A stretch of DNA of 64,000 bases. Origin: Blepharisma stoltei ATCC 30299 (lineage: Eukaryota > Protista > Ciliophora). Shown piece after piece: positions 48,516-61,787 of the stretch. The stretch's first letter is position 1, and each line of letters opens with the position of its first letter. The notes below the pieces were generated by a model. That model worked only from the letters and a program-made list of their open reading frames with translations. It was not told the DNA's origin and did not search any database. Position numbers and translations under genes: made by a program. The stretch covers positions 62,001 to 126,000 of the forward strand of contig CBFDEM010000013.1 in NCBI GenBank assembly GCA_965603825.1, written 5' to 3'.

Positions 48516-51500
48516 TTAAAAAATAGTTACAAAAATATGTTTGCCTTGAATAACACACAACTGTGGCTCTGCATTATCAGCCTTTCTGCCTAGCACGGTA
48601 TTTAAATTTCGCATTATATGGCCGATAGCTACTTTCTCTAAGGTTTTTATCCCCTTCCCAAATCTCTCATCTTTTACGCTTTTTCTTAATGTAAACCTTA
48701 TATTTGTTCTCACAACATTACTATCATCACTTCTTCTTGTTGTATTTTCATCGCTTCTTCTAGTTGTATTTCCTTCACTTGACTTTTTAAAATTTTCTTC
48801 TTTATTTACCGATATATTAATTGTCGGAGCACTTTCTTTCAATATTCTTTTACAAATATTTATTTCCCTCATCCCTTCTATTATTATCAAATCAGCGACA
48901 TGCTCAAAGTTTTTATCAACATTTTGTGGGTCAATTTCAAGAATTTTTCCAAGCTCATTTCTCGATATGGAGAAAACATTTTCTATAGCTGGGGTCTTTT
49001 TGTCTGCTACTGCTTCTATTAAAATATCTTCAAATGCATCAATATAGCTTATATCAAAAAAATTAAGCACATATTTAAAAGTGTTATTCAGTACTCTTGA
49101 TGTCGAATAAATCAATCTTGGCTCAACCAATGAGCACTTGCGTATAATTACTTCAGAGTTTTCAATATCAACGTTAACCAAAATTTCATTTTTCTTCTCA
49201 TAAACTTCTGAATTTTCCCACAAATCCATAAGTTCGCACACTTCGCTTACTGAATAAGTCACAGGTTTTGGATTAGGAGCTTCATTTAAACCATTAAGCA
49301 TAATCCGTATATACTCTCCAGGGATAAATTTTGTTTTAGAACTGTCTCCCATTGTGATATTGCTTTTGGTTTTCATAATCGAAATTTTATACTTTTGGCC
49401 TTGTATATGTCTTTCTCCTTTTATTAAAATTTCGTCAGGGATTTCTGTGTTTTTGCTTTGTTGCCTTTTTTTTCTTCTAAAAACATTTTGGATTTTTGTG
49501 ATTTTTGCGATATCTTGGTCTGAATATAGCAAAGATAATTTCCCATTTTCAATGGTCAAATTTTTTACGAAATCGTCAATTTTCATATTTTGTGGCTGTT
49601 TTTGGGTTAAAGTATAGACTTCTTGGGTGCTTAAGCTTAGGGCTTTGATTATAAAATCGTCCTGGCTTGCTTTGCTTATAGTAATCATATAGTCTGCCCC
49701 ATCAATTGAACTAATTTTTTCTAATATGAATTGTTCTTTAGATGGAGGATCAGGATTTGGATTTTTATTTTGGGAGATAATTTCAGATTTTTTGGAAGGT
49801 TCTATTGGAATATTTCTATCAGTTTGGGCTATACTTATATTTTGTCTATTTTCAGGTATTGGGTTGTTTCCTTGCTTTTGAGTTCTTTTTCTAAGTGCTG
49901 GTGGGCCTGTTTCTGGATTTTTTAATCCTTCGTCCTTTCGATATGTCATTATTGGATTTTTGGCTTTAATTAATGCTAATAAATCTCTATTAGAAACTGG
50001 CAGCGCAGCTCCTGTTTTTATTTCTACTGGATTTTGTCTTTCTGTTATTATCTTTCTTGACGCAATTTCGCTTGATTTTGATCTTATATTTTGTATCAGA
50101 TTTTTTCCACCTTGCTCGCTTTCTAAAATATTTTTCTTTTGAAAATCTTTTTCAGGCTTTTCTTCTTCATTTCTAAAAGTGCATGATTGGGTGGATTTTA
50201 ATTTTGTAGAGAATGAAGGGGTTGGAATTGATGAGTTTGTTCCAGACTGTATTGACCTGCTGCTTATAAGTGCAAGAAGATTCCTTGAAGTTGGCAAAGC
50301 TTGTTGGCTGATTTTTCTATCTTCTGAGTCCTTCCTTTTAATTTCTTTTTTTAATGAAAACTGCCTCAAAATTTCAATTGAATCATTTTGTTTAAGATCT
50401 TTCCGATTTATTTTCTCTTCTTCTAAAAATTTCTCTTTTTCCTTTTTTTGAAGGTCTTTACTATTTATTTTTTCTTCCTCTAGAAATTTCTCTTCTTTTT
50501 TACTTGTCAATTTTTTATTGTTTTCTACTTTTTCTTCATTAATCCCTCCAAATGAAGGTTCATAATTATCCATTGGTGCATCTTCTCCTAATAATAATGC
50601 CAATTTATTCTCCGTTGTAGCTTTAATTAAAAGGCTAACCTTATTTTTCCCTTCCTTTTTATCAATAATTGTTTGCTTTGGATCTTCTTTATCATTAATA
50701 GTTTGCTTTATTGCCTCTATTTCATTTGTTTTTCTTTGAGGTAGAATCGGATCAGGCAAAATTATATCTAATGACTCCCTTGATGACTCAGAATTTTTTT
50801 TAATTTCGCTCAATTGCACAATAAATTTCCGTGAAGAATCAGTGTTCTGGGAATTTTTTTGGTCTATTTCCTCTGTTAATTTTAGCTCATTTGTATGTAT
50901 AGGCTTAAAATTTAGTGAATTTTCTATATTTAAAGTATTTTCACTATGCTTTATGCTTATATCATTTGATTTTATAACAATAGAAGAGTCTGAAGGATGT
51001 ACTGGAATTGTATATTTATCCAGGTCTTTTATATCACTTTTGCTGCTTCTTGAAATAGAGCCTACTGATTCAAGCTTTCTTGAGTGTTTGCCTTTATTGT
51101 CAATACTGTAATCAAGCAACCCTAGCTGCTCAAGCTCTCTTAAATCAGTGTCATTTTCAGTTTCTTTGTATTCTCTCGAATAATCGCCTTTTGTAATTAA
51201 TGTCCCAGTATCATCCAAATCTAAATTTCTGCTGCTAAATCTCGGAGATTGGTATATTGGAGAAGGTTCGCTGCTCCTTATAAACTTCATAAGATTCGGC
51301 ATCGAGTTTCTCGAAGAATGAAACTTACTATTTTTCCCTTTCCTTACAGGACTTATTGGCGATAAATCAGACTCACTCTCCCCAAAAATTTTCATATTTT
51401 CATCAAGCCTCGCTGAAGCAAATGCATAATTATTTTTTTTCCCATTTAATTTTTTGGTTTTTTCTCTATTGATTTGGCTTTCTACAGCAGCTTTATACGT

Positions 51501-52271
51501 TTTTTTGAAATTTTCTAATAATTGGCTTTGGGACTCATCTGCATAGCTTTTCATAAATGAGACTGATTTTTTATATCATTCAATAGAGCTTTCATAATGT
51601 TTTAAGCACTCTTCCTCAACCCCTAAGTTGTGATAAGCAACCCCCAAAATTTTGATTTTCTGTTTATAATCCTCTGTATCTTTTGAAGAGTTTAAATTTA
51701 CAAGCTCTTCTTGTGCATTTTGGACGGCGAGTTTGCAATAATAAGCAGCGTCTTTGTGGGTGTTTAAATTTGAATAAATTGTGCATAAATTTAAATATAA
51801 TGAAGAACGATCTACATCAATGTCAGGATAATCCTTAATTATTTGTAAGGCTTGGTGGGCGAATTTTAGGGATTTCTGGTATCTTCCACAGTGCCTGTAT
51901 GCACATGCTAAGGTATTTAGCACACTGCAAGACTCAGGGATTAGTTTTAAATGATAAGGCTGGGAAATTTTTAATAAGTTTTGGAGGATTTTGATGGCTT
52001 CTAGAGGGTTTTCTTTGTAAACTAATAATCCTGCTCCTTTTGATATAAGCTTTAGCATTTGGGCTAAAAATGATAAAACCTCATTGCTATTTTCGCCATA
52101 AAATGATTTTCGGATTGGTAATGCTTTGTTTACGAATTCTATGCAATCTAAAAATCGTTTTTGCTTGATCAAAGAGTCGATTGTTCTTTCAATTCTTTCT
52201 AAAATCTGCAGGTCTGCACTATTAATTCTTGTATTTCTTCTTTTGACTAAGAGCATACTTGGCTCTACCAT
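48516..52271 (-). CDS. TPR-repeat plus IQ-motif protein, paralog A, 1251 aa
   Basis: Two in-frame ORFs joined at TGA 51576. TPR-like helices (LNTLACAY, LYLNLCTIYS, AYHNLGVEEE) and IQ motif ITKIQNVFRR. Confidence 0.82.
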
Positions 52272-52349
52272 TGTAAAAATTTATTTGAATTATTAATATT
52301 TTTAATAAAAAATTCAAAAATATAAAAGATTGTGTATTTAATTAACAAA

Positions 52350-55300
52350 TTATGGGATGGAAATGCTAGTACTATAAACACTGCCGCTCCGTTCGTTTGT
52401 GATTTCAATAGAAGCTCCATCATCGCTTTCGAAAATGGCTATTGAAACACTTTTACCTTGAATTATGCATCGTTGCTGTCTGATTATTTTTTTCTTGTTT
52501 TTATTCTTAATAACTAAGGCTGAAAAATATTTTCCTATATTTTTCATGGCTGTTGCATTAATAATGCTAAACGCCTTTGAATAATTTTCATTTTTTACGT
52601 TTTTTCTAAAAGTAAACCTTAGATTAGATTTGCTTTCTTTGTTTTCATCAGCCTTATCTACAGTTTTTTCAACACATGGCGTTACACATTTTTCTTCTTG
52701 GTTTACCGATATATTGATATTTGGGGTATCCTCCCTCAATATTCTTTTAGAAATATTAATTTCTCTCATTTCTTCTATTATTATCAAATCAGCAACTTTT
52801 TTAAAATTTTTGTCTAAATCTTCTACATTAATTCCGAGTATATCGGACAACTCACGTCTTGAAATACAAAAATTATTCTCTATTGCTGGGGCTTTTTTAT
52901 CAGCGATTGCTTCTATTAGTATGTCTTCATCTGTATCGATATAACTAATATCAAAAAATTTTAAGGTATATTTAAATGAATTATTCAGCACTCTTACTGT
53001 AGCAAAAATCTGTCTGGGCTCTATAAAAGAGCTTTTTCGAAGGACAATTTCGTGGTTTTCGATGTCGACGTTTACAAAGATTTCATTTTTTTTAGCGTAG
53101 ATTTCAGAGGATTCTCATAAATTAAGGAGTTCACAGAGCTCATTGACTGTATAAATTTTAGGTTTTGGCATAGGGGCATTATTTAGCCCATGAACCTCAA
53201 TGCGGATATAATCCCCAAGGGCAATTTTTGTCCTTGAGATATCCCCAGGAATGAGATTACTTTTGGTTTTTATTATAGATATTAAAAACGTTTGGCCTTT
53301 AATATGCCGTTCTCCCTTTACTAAAATTTCGTCAGGGATTTCTGATATCGTCCTTTGTTTTTTTTTCCTCCTAAAAACATTTTGAATTTTTGTGATTTTT
53401 GCTATATCTTGGTCAGAGTAAAGCAAGGACAATTTCCCGTTTTCAATGGTCAAATTTTTGACGAAGTCATCAATTTTCATATTCTGAGGCTGCTGCTGAG
53501 TTAAATTATAGACTTCATGGGTCTCCAAGCTTTCTGCTCTGATTTTGAACTCGTCTTGGCTTGTTTTTACTATAGTAATTAAATAATCTGACCCATCAAT
53601 AGAGCTTATTTTTTCCAGACCTGGGTCTTCAGGCCTATTTGATGTATTTACATCAGGGATTTCTTTTTGGTTTATCGGGTTGAAAGAAAATTCAACGTCA
53701 GGCGGGCTTTCTAATGGAATTTCATTAGAATTGATTAATTTTTTGGGCATGTCAAAAGAGAATTTTTTTTGGATTGGCCATTGTGTTTTTATCACATTTG
53801 AGGTAAAATTCGAAAAAGCTGTGCCTTGGACCGGCTCTTTTGGCACAGCTACATTCTCTGTTTTAGGTTTTGATTGTATAAGGACTAATAAATTTCTGCT
53901 TGGTGTTTTAGGAGAAGTGTTTAACTTTAGCTCCTCAACGTTTTTTTTATTAAATTTAAGCTGTTTCCTCACCTTTTTTCCTCTAAAAGCAGCTTGGATT
54001 TTTGCGACGACGTCATTATCAATTGTAGCTAAATCAATTGGCTCTTCTTTTTTAGGATTTTCTTTTACTGGCTCAGCTTTTGTTGCAGGATTTTCTGCAA
54101 CTCTAGTGTCTCTTAATATTTTTCTTGTCTTATTTCCTCTGATTATAGCTTGCATTTTTATGATTGCTTTGATATCATTTTCATCTATTTTTTCGTCAGA
54201 TTTTTTATTAAAAACATCTTCATTTTTTTTCTGGGTCTCAGATTTTTCAATTGGCTCCTTATCAGATTTTACGTTTGGTTTTTCTTCTGTTTTCAAGGTT
54301 TTCCCTTGATTTTCTACTATTTCTGTAAGGTTTTTGGTTGGGGCTTCATTAGATTTGCTCTTTTTGAATGGAATCTGAAGTTTATCTGCTTCAATTGTCT
54401 GCTTAAAAGAATTTTGCATTGCAAATCCATCGGCAAATGTATAACTTTTTGAAACTGGTTTTATATCTTTTAAATTGCTTTTAACCTCTCTTGGTTTTTC
54501 TTCTTTTACAGGTAATATTTTGCTGACATTTATTTCATACTTTCCATCCATTTTACACTCTTTACTATCCATGCTGTATTCTAATAGTCCTAAATGGTCA
54601 AGTTCTAGTAAATCCACATCATTTTCAGCCTCCTTAAAATCCCTTGATAAGCTATTTTTAACAGTCACACTATTTTCTTCAATATGAGAAAACTTTGGAG
54701 ACTGGTAAACTGTAGAAGACCCATTTCTTCTTAATTTTATTCGGTTTTGTTTAAAATTTTTGTGGAATTTTAATTGACTTTGCGCATTTGCATCTTTTTT
54801 TTCCTGGTTCAGTTGAAATCAATCAGCTTCAGGCCCTCCAAAAGTTTTATAAAATGTCCTTGAATTTTCATCAGACCTTGTTGAGATTATTTTCTCAAAA
54901 GTGCTATTACTTTTTTTCCCATGAGATTTTGGGGTTTTTCTTTCAGTTTGGCTTTTTATAGCTGCTTGATAAGATTTTTTTAAACTTTCAAGAAGCTGAT
55001 GCTGGGAGCTATCCGAGTAATTTTTCATAAAAACTATTGATTTTTTATACCACTCAATAGAGCTCTCAAAATTTTTAAGAAATTCTTCTTCAACCCCTAA
55101 GTTGTGATATGCAACTCCTAAAGTTGTTATTTTTTGTCTATATTCTTCTGAACTTTTTGGAGAATTTAAATTCACCAGCTCTTCTTTGGCGCTTTGTATA
55201 GCAAGTTTGCAGAAGTTGGAGGCTTCTTTGTGGAGGTTTAAATTCGAATAGATCGTGCACAGATTTAAATAAAGGGAAGAACGATCAATTTCAATGGAAG

Positions 55301-55745
55301 GATAATCCTTGATGATTTGTAAAGCTTGATGGGCGTAATTTTGGGCTTTTTTATATTTTCCAGTGTTCTGATATGCGCAGGCTAAGGTGTTTATTGTGCT
55401 GCAAAATTCGGGGATTAATTTTAGATGGTAAGGTTGGGAAATTTTTAATAAATTTTGAAGGATTTTGATAGCTTCTAAAGGGTTTTCTTTGCATAATAAG
55501 GATCCTGCTCCTTTTGATATAGACTTGAGCATTTGGGCTACAAACGATAAAACCTCATTGCTGTTTTCGCCGTAAAATGATTTTCGAATTGGCAGCGCTT
55601 TGTTTATAAATTCTATGCAATCTAAAAACCGCTTCTGTTCTAGTAGAGAGTCAATAGTCCTTTCAATTCTTTCTAAAATTTGTAAGTCTGCACTATTAAT
55701 TCTTGTGTTTCTTCTTTTGACTAAGAGCATACTTGGCTCTACCAT
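52350..55745 (-). CDS. TPR-repeat plus IQ-motif protein, paralog B, 1131 aa
   Basis: Three in-frame ORFs joined at TGA 54819 and 53115, colinear with paralog A. IQ motifs KMQAIIRG, KIQAAFRG and KIQNVFRR. Confidence 0.82.
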
Positions 55746-56114
55746 TGTAAAAATTTATTAGAGATCACTATTTTAAAAAAATCAATTATATGTTGGAGTT
55801 TTTCAGTAAAAATCATCAATTATGCTAATAAATAGATTTATTTTTCTTTTTTCAAAATTTTTTTATGTCAACTAATTTAGATGCTAGCTTTTAATTCTTA
55901 ATTGGTCTAAATCAATTTACGATTTTTTATTAAAACTTATATTTTAAACCAATGAAATCAATAAATTTTCATTTCATATAAATAATTAACTAATTATTAT
56001 GAATTAAGTAAAATAATGCATTTTTATATTTGCATAATTTTCTTAGATGTACAAATAATTGTCTAATTTCCGCACTTATTACTCTTATAACCTGTAATCT
56101 AAATTTATAAAAAT

Positions 56115-57596
56115 ATGAGTGCAAGTAAAATAAGTTACACACAAAAAAAAAGTCAAGAGAATTTCTCTGAAAACTCTAAAATCAATCAAAATTGCATTAT
56201 GAGTAGACTTGACTGGTTTAAGTATGCAGAAGAAGCTTTTAATTTTGCCAAACACAATTACAGTTTGCTAAAAATTAATGCTAATCAATTGATATCATCT
56301 TTAGAAAAACTTTCATATAAGCTTCCATTGCTTTCTCCGCCTCAATATTACTCTATAAATTCATTATATCCTTACTCATATAATGAAGTAATCCAAAAAA
56401 TATTGGAATTTAGCCAAGATTTTGACTGTGATGAACTAATTGATTCACTAATAGAAATCAAGAAAAAACCTGAATATAAAATTAAAATTGATAGAACCTC
56501 TCCAGAAAAAATTGAGTTAAAAACACATATAAATTCTCAAAATGATGCTAATTCAGGGCAATCCTCAAATTGTATTTCAATTTCTCATGCTGAAAGCTTT
56601 GTTATGCCTAAATTTTCTGCACAAATTTTATATATAAATTTGTCTGATAATAGAATTTCGCAAGCCAAATGAGAAATTCCTCAGTCTTTGGTGCTTCTTA
56701 ATTTGAGCAATAATTTGTTGACAGAATTTTCAAATAAAAATCCATTGATTAATTTGCAGTATCTAAATTTAAGTGGAAATAGAATAGCTTCAATTGAGAA
56801 TTTTGCGGAATTTAGAGAGCTGATTGAGGTTTACATAGAAAAAAATTTTATTGAAAATATTGGGTCTTTATGCAATACAGAAAATTTAAAATTAATTGAT
56901 GCTGCGCATAATTTAATTGAAAAATATGAAGATATTGCACCTTTGGCTGCTAGTGCAAAACTGCAAACATTGAGCCTAAAAGGTAATAAAATTACAAAGA
57001 ATCTAAATTATCAAGAATTTGCTAAAAATTTTTTCTCAAAAATCAGCACTATAGACCCACCTAATATATTTTCTCTATCTAAATGCCCAATTCCTAATTT
57101 ACTATTTTCATCTCTATATAGCCAAATCCTGCCTCCAGCTGATATTTCAAAGCGCTCCAGCAGCCTTTCAATACCTACTCAAAAAATCTCCCTTGAAAAC
57201 TCTCACAAAATTGACTTAAGCCAGATCAGCTGCTTAGAAATTTTAAATTCTTCAAAAACCTCTACCCCAAAAACCTGTACAAGGTCTACAACCCCAATGT
57301 TTATTGACAAATCAAAAATATCAAGAAGCACTAATGCGTCCCCTAGGTCAGCAAAAATAAATATCCAGCCCAGAACTCCTGAACGATCCTCAAAAAAAGT
57401 TCTTCAGTCAAAATTAGTTTCTTCAGGGCGAATAAGCCAAAGTGATGAGTCCTTTAAGAACTTTTCAATGGCCAGCAAGGTAAGCGTGATTAACAGTGAA
57501 AGCATCACAAGCTCCTTAAAAATCGGGTACGGCAACCCTATTTCTGCTATGATGATTAAGCCTGCTTTAAGCACAAAAATAAAGCCAAAGACATAA
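56115..57596 (+). CDS. Leucine-rich repeat protein (SDS22-like repeats), 493 aa
   Basis: Two in-frame ORFs joined at TGA 56670, inside the LRR array (INLSDNRI, LNLSNNLL, LNLSGNRI, LSLKGNKI). Confidence 0.85.
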
Positions 57597-57641
57597 TTAT
57601 TGTAAAAATTATTATTAAATAAGAAGGATTATGAACAATTT

Positions 57642-58538
57642 CTATATACAATTATTAAAGGATCCGTAGCCTCTGATACTTACAACTATACAAGTAATAT
57701 TGTCTCTTGACCCTTTAATCATTGCTTCCTGCACCAGCATTTCCGCTACTTGAAAAGGCTTCAAATTTTCAGCACTCCTGACAATTTTCGCTATTTCTTC
57801 TTTATTTAGCACATCAAAAAGCCCATCTGTCGCTATTACCAAAGCCAGATCATTTTTATTTATCTGTCTTTCAGCTACATAAGGCTCAGAAATTACGAAC
57901 TCTTTAAGCTTGGCATCTCCTAAACTGCGTGAAATTGCTAACTGCCCATGGACTCTAAATACTTTTCCAACAGGAAACACATAGCCTCCAGCTTGTTCAA
58001 TCCGTGTCTGCTCACTTAAATCTGAAGCTAAATGGTCACGAGAAAGAATTTCAGTTTCCTCTTCACTTATTAATAAAATTTTAGAGTCCCCAACATTAGC
58101 TACTTTTAAGAGATTATCTTCAATAATTGCTATAGCGGCCGTTGAGCCTCCTTCTTGGCTTGTATTAAGGGAACAATAAGCCTTATCCGTAGCCTCAAAA
58201 GCTTTTTTTATGCTTTCCTCATCAGTTTTTTCAAGACTGTCCAGTAACTTTTGTGAGGCAAATTTTGATGCGGAATTTCCTGAATGGCCGTCAAAAACTC
58301 CGAATGCGTCACTTTTTCCGTGGAAATTTTCGATAGCTCGGTAAGCGTCTTCCATATAAGGCCTTAGTCCTTTTTTCATGCAGACTCCATATCTATTGCT
58401 TTGGACTATGGTATCCTCTCACTGATCATAAGAAAATTTCATCTTCTTCCGTCGGTACTCAGTGTCGATATCAGGGATGTCAAGGTCCAAGTTGAACTTC
58501 CTCCAAGTAGGTGTAACTTTTAAAGCTGAAACTGCCAT
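57642..58538 (-). CDS. Protein phosphatase 2C, 298 aa
   Basis: GLRPYMED, VFDGHSG, ANVGDS, LAISRSLGD, IATDGLFD, GSRDNIT. Extended upstream through TGA 58419 to ATG 58538. Confidence 0.92.
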
Positions 58539-58911
58539 TTTAATATATAAATTATAACTGTGGCATCTTATTATGTAACTGCATATATTCATTATATTTA
58601 AAAAAAAATAAGATAGAAATTAGAGATCCGTTTTATATAGATAAGAAAATGCGGAAGAAATGATAGAGGTGATAATAATTTAATATAAAAAAATATTTTA
58701 TATTTTATTCGAATTATTTGATGGACTTATTATCGTGATGCATTTTATTGTATTTTTTTAGTTTTTTTAGCTTGCCTTATTCAGAATTATGCTATATTCA
58801 TTGCTATGCATTTACGATTGATGATCATTAATGAAAAAGAAATTCTTAAAAAATAGCCAGAAAATACAGTTTCATATAAACAAAAAGTATATTTATATAT
58901 TAATTACACCG

Positions 58912-59838
58912 CTAAAAGCAATCGCAATGGCACATTTTCTGTCGACTCATTGATTCATTTTGGATTTTATTATGAGACTTCATCTCATAAGGGTTACTAT
59001 ACACCTTTGGCTCAACCTTCAGCGACCGGATTGGAAAAGTGCACGTTAAATCATTAAATGTATCATTGACTGTATAACTATGCGAGCTATTTGCAGCTTG
59101 GCTCAGGTCAAATTCGCTTTTTTTTCTCTTTTCCAATGAGCAAATTACGTATCTATTTAAATAATCCAGTTCATCCCCCACTTGTTGACCTTTACGTAGA
59201 TCCACAGCCAGTTTCCTATTAATGTTAGGTCCAGCTGCATTTTTCTTATAATCTTGAGATCCTTCAGTTTGCTGCTGCTCTATAAGCACTTTTTTCAGCT
59301 GGATATCTGACTCTTCATACTGAAAAGGGACACTTCTTGTATTAAGAACCTTGTTGACAATTTCCACGAGCGAGTATTGTAACGTTTCGTTTGGAATGGT
59401 AAAAGAAACTTTGATTTCAAATGAAATCACTAGTTGAATTAGGCTGCATTCCACTTGGACATCAATCCAAATATCGTTTGAAGCGATATCACAAGTCAAG
59501 TGATCGCCTGTTTTTATATAGTCTCCTATTGTTCCAATCTGACTGGAAATTACCTTAGGTAAAAGAACTTGGTTGTTTGTCAGGTTTATAGCCCTTAAAT
59601 TTGTTAATCCTGAGAAGGTGGAGTACTTTTCCATTGCTTCTCCAATGCGGAAACAAAGATATGAGAGAGAATCACTAAATATTAAATACTTTTTGCTAAC
59701 AGTGACTAAAATGACTTGCTTAGGCACAGGATTTCAATGTACAGTGACCTCAATCATTTTTTGGGCATTGCCGTCTTTATCAAGGTATATATAATTTTCA
59801 TCATCTATATATCTTGGGTCCTCTGGCAAATTTGTCAT
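58912..59838 (-). CDS. Hypothetical protein ending CHCDCF (possible lipidation motif), 308 aa
   Basis: ATG 59838, TGA=Trp at 59734, TAG at 58912. No family recognised. Confidence 0.7.
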
Positions 59839-59931
59839 ATTTTATAAATATAGCAAGAAAAATAACGATAGGTTTAAATTCTTATCATTCTCTTTAAAAT
59901 TTAAAAATTATAAAATTACTAAGAGCAAATA

Positions 59932-60570
59932 ATGTCAGAGTTCAAAATCCCAAGTATCCCAAAATTAAGCATTCCATCTCTATCATTCACAGTAGACGAC
60001 GTTTCTCCTCGATCAGAAGATTTCCGAGAGTGTCCATTAATTAACTACCCTATCTCCTTTCAAGCTCCTATCTCTAAAGAAGCTCCCAATAAAACCACTG
60101 CAAATTTTCCTCTCACAAGCAATTTCAGCAAAGATATAAAAAATCCTCTATTAAGCACCGAAAATGCATTTTTGCAGCTTATTAAGCACCAATCTGCTGA
60201 AATAGACAGCTTGCATGCTGAAAACAATGAATTGAAATCTAAACTTAGCGAAGCAGAAGCAGAATTAAAATCCCTTAGAAGGATAAAGGTTTTAATGCGA
60301 GAGCAAGAGCGAAAAATCTCGAATCTACAAACCTCTCTTGATTTAGCTACAGAAGAATGCAATGACTTGAAGATGCAACTGTCTCAAGCCCATGAAGAGC
60401 AAATAGAATGAGAAAATAGCTGAGAAAACGAAGCAAATCTTATTGATCTTGCTGAGTTTTATAGTGATTGGCCACCAAGAAGAATATGGAAAGATCCTGC
60501 ACCCGAAATAAACGAAAAACTTGAAAATCTGAAGTCAAAAATAAAGCGTATCGTTAGCGGGAAATTATAG
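59932..60570 (+). CDS. Coiled-coil hypothetical protein, 212 aa
   Basis: Heptad-rich centre. TGA 60409 and 60421 read through to TAG 60568. Confidence 0.7.
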
Positions 60571-60659
60571 GAGAAATCATCATTGCAACAATAATCACAT
60601 CGAATTAATTTATAATTTTTATTTCAGGAATTAAATTAAGCTATTATATATCATTATCT

Positions 60660-61787
60660 CTAGGCAGACTGTTTATCCCTCATATTAATTTCAAGGACTG
60701 ACGTATTCGGAGTCAGGCTTGAGATTTCTGCCCTGCTTTTATGCAAAATGCTTGTTTCTGTGTCAATTTCTGACACAAACGGCGACCTCGTCCTGCGTTC
60801 TTTGTGTTGTTCGATTAATCTGCCGATATTCACATTCTGTTCAGCAGTGTATTCATAAGAGGTATCTGATATTGATGGTCTTCCTGAAGGGCTATTAGCG
60901 ACCACAGAAAGGGAGTTTGGAGGTCTTGAAATGGCGCCTTCTCTATTTGTTTCTGACTCCACAGGGTCATTTTCTAATACATCTTGAAAAGGGTCATGAC
61001 TCCACATAACTCCATCACCTACAGGTTTTCCTGATTTCCCATAATAAGGCACAACCCAAAGCCAAGGATTCCTCCCAAATACTTGCAGCCAATTTCTTAT
61101 TGATTTTAAGTCATAATTCCCAGTCACAGCTGTATTGTCTAAACTTTCTATCGTCGTAGAATTTTTCATCACAAGTTTTACATGAAACTTTGTAAAATTC
61201 GTCAAAATAAAGCAAAGCAGTAATAAAAATAGATAAACCCCTATATAAAGCAAATGAGGATGCAAATTAACCCGAATTTCGCTTGATTGCAATAGATGCT
61301 TGACTGATGAAAAAATCGTTGGGGTCATAAACAAAATTACATAATAGGCACATAGCAGCGTATAAAACAGCAGTAAAAGGAAAAGCTTGCGATTGTAAAA
61401 GCCTACACAGTTATTTATTCATGGACAGTGATGGTCCATATTTAGGACACATCGATTGCAGACTGAACAATGATGGCATCTTTCAGGCTTAAAAACATGG
61501 CAAAGCAAACAGTATCTTTTACGCTTGGCTTCTGAATCTCCCATGTAAAATCCCTATATAGAAAATACCCAGTAAGGAGGCACTCGACCTGGCTCTGAAA
61601 ATGTGACGTGAAAAAGGCTCCATAGAAGCATGAAAAGGATTAGATGAAAGCCAATCAGGATTCCTTTTTGTGAAGGGTACTGAGGGAGATAGAGTTCGAT
61701 CACAAATGTATAATAAATCAGAGTGATGATAGCAAATAGCACGAGAATGAAGATGCTTCCCAAAGATTTGCGGAAATTAATTGGCAT
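60660..61787 (-). CDS. DHHC protein S-acyltransferase, join(61787..61569,61553..60660), 370 aa
   Basis: [31 protein letters not shown](TGA 61419)[14 protein letters not shown] motif, NSTTIE, NWLQVFG. One 15-nt intron. Confidence 0.93.
61554..61568 (-). other. 15-nt spliceosomal intron
   Basis: GTATTTTCTATATAG, A at position 10, phase 0. Removal joins PPYW to GFYMG in frame with the DHHC domain. Confidence 0.9.
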
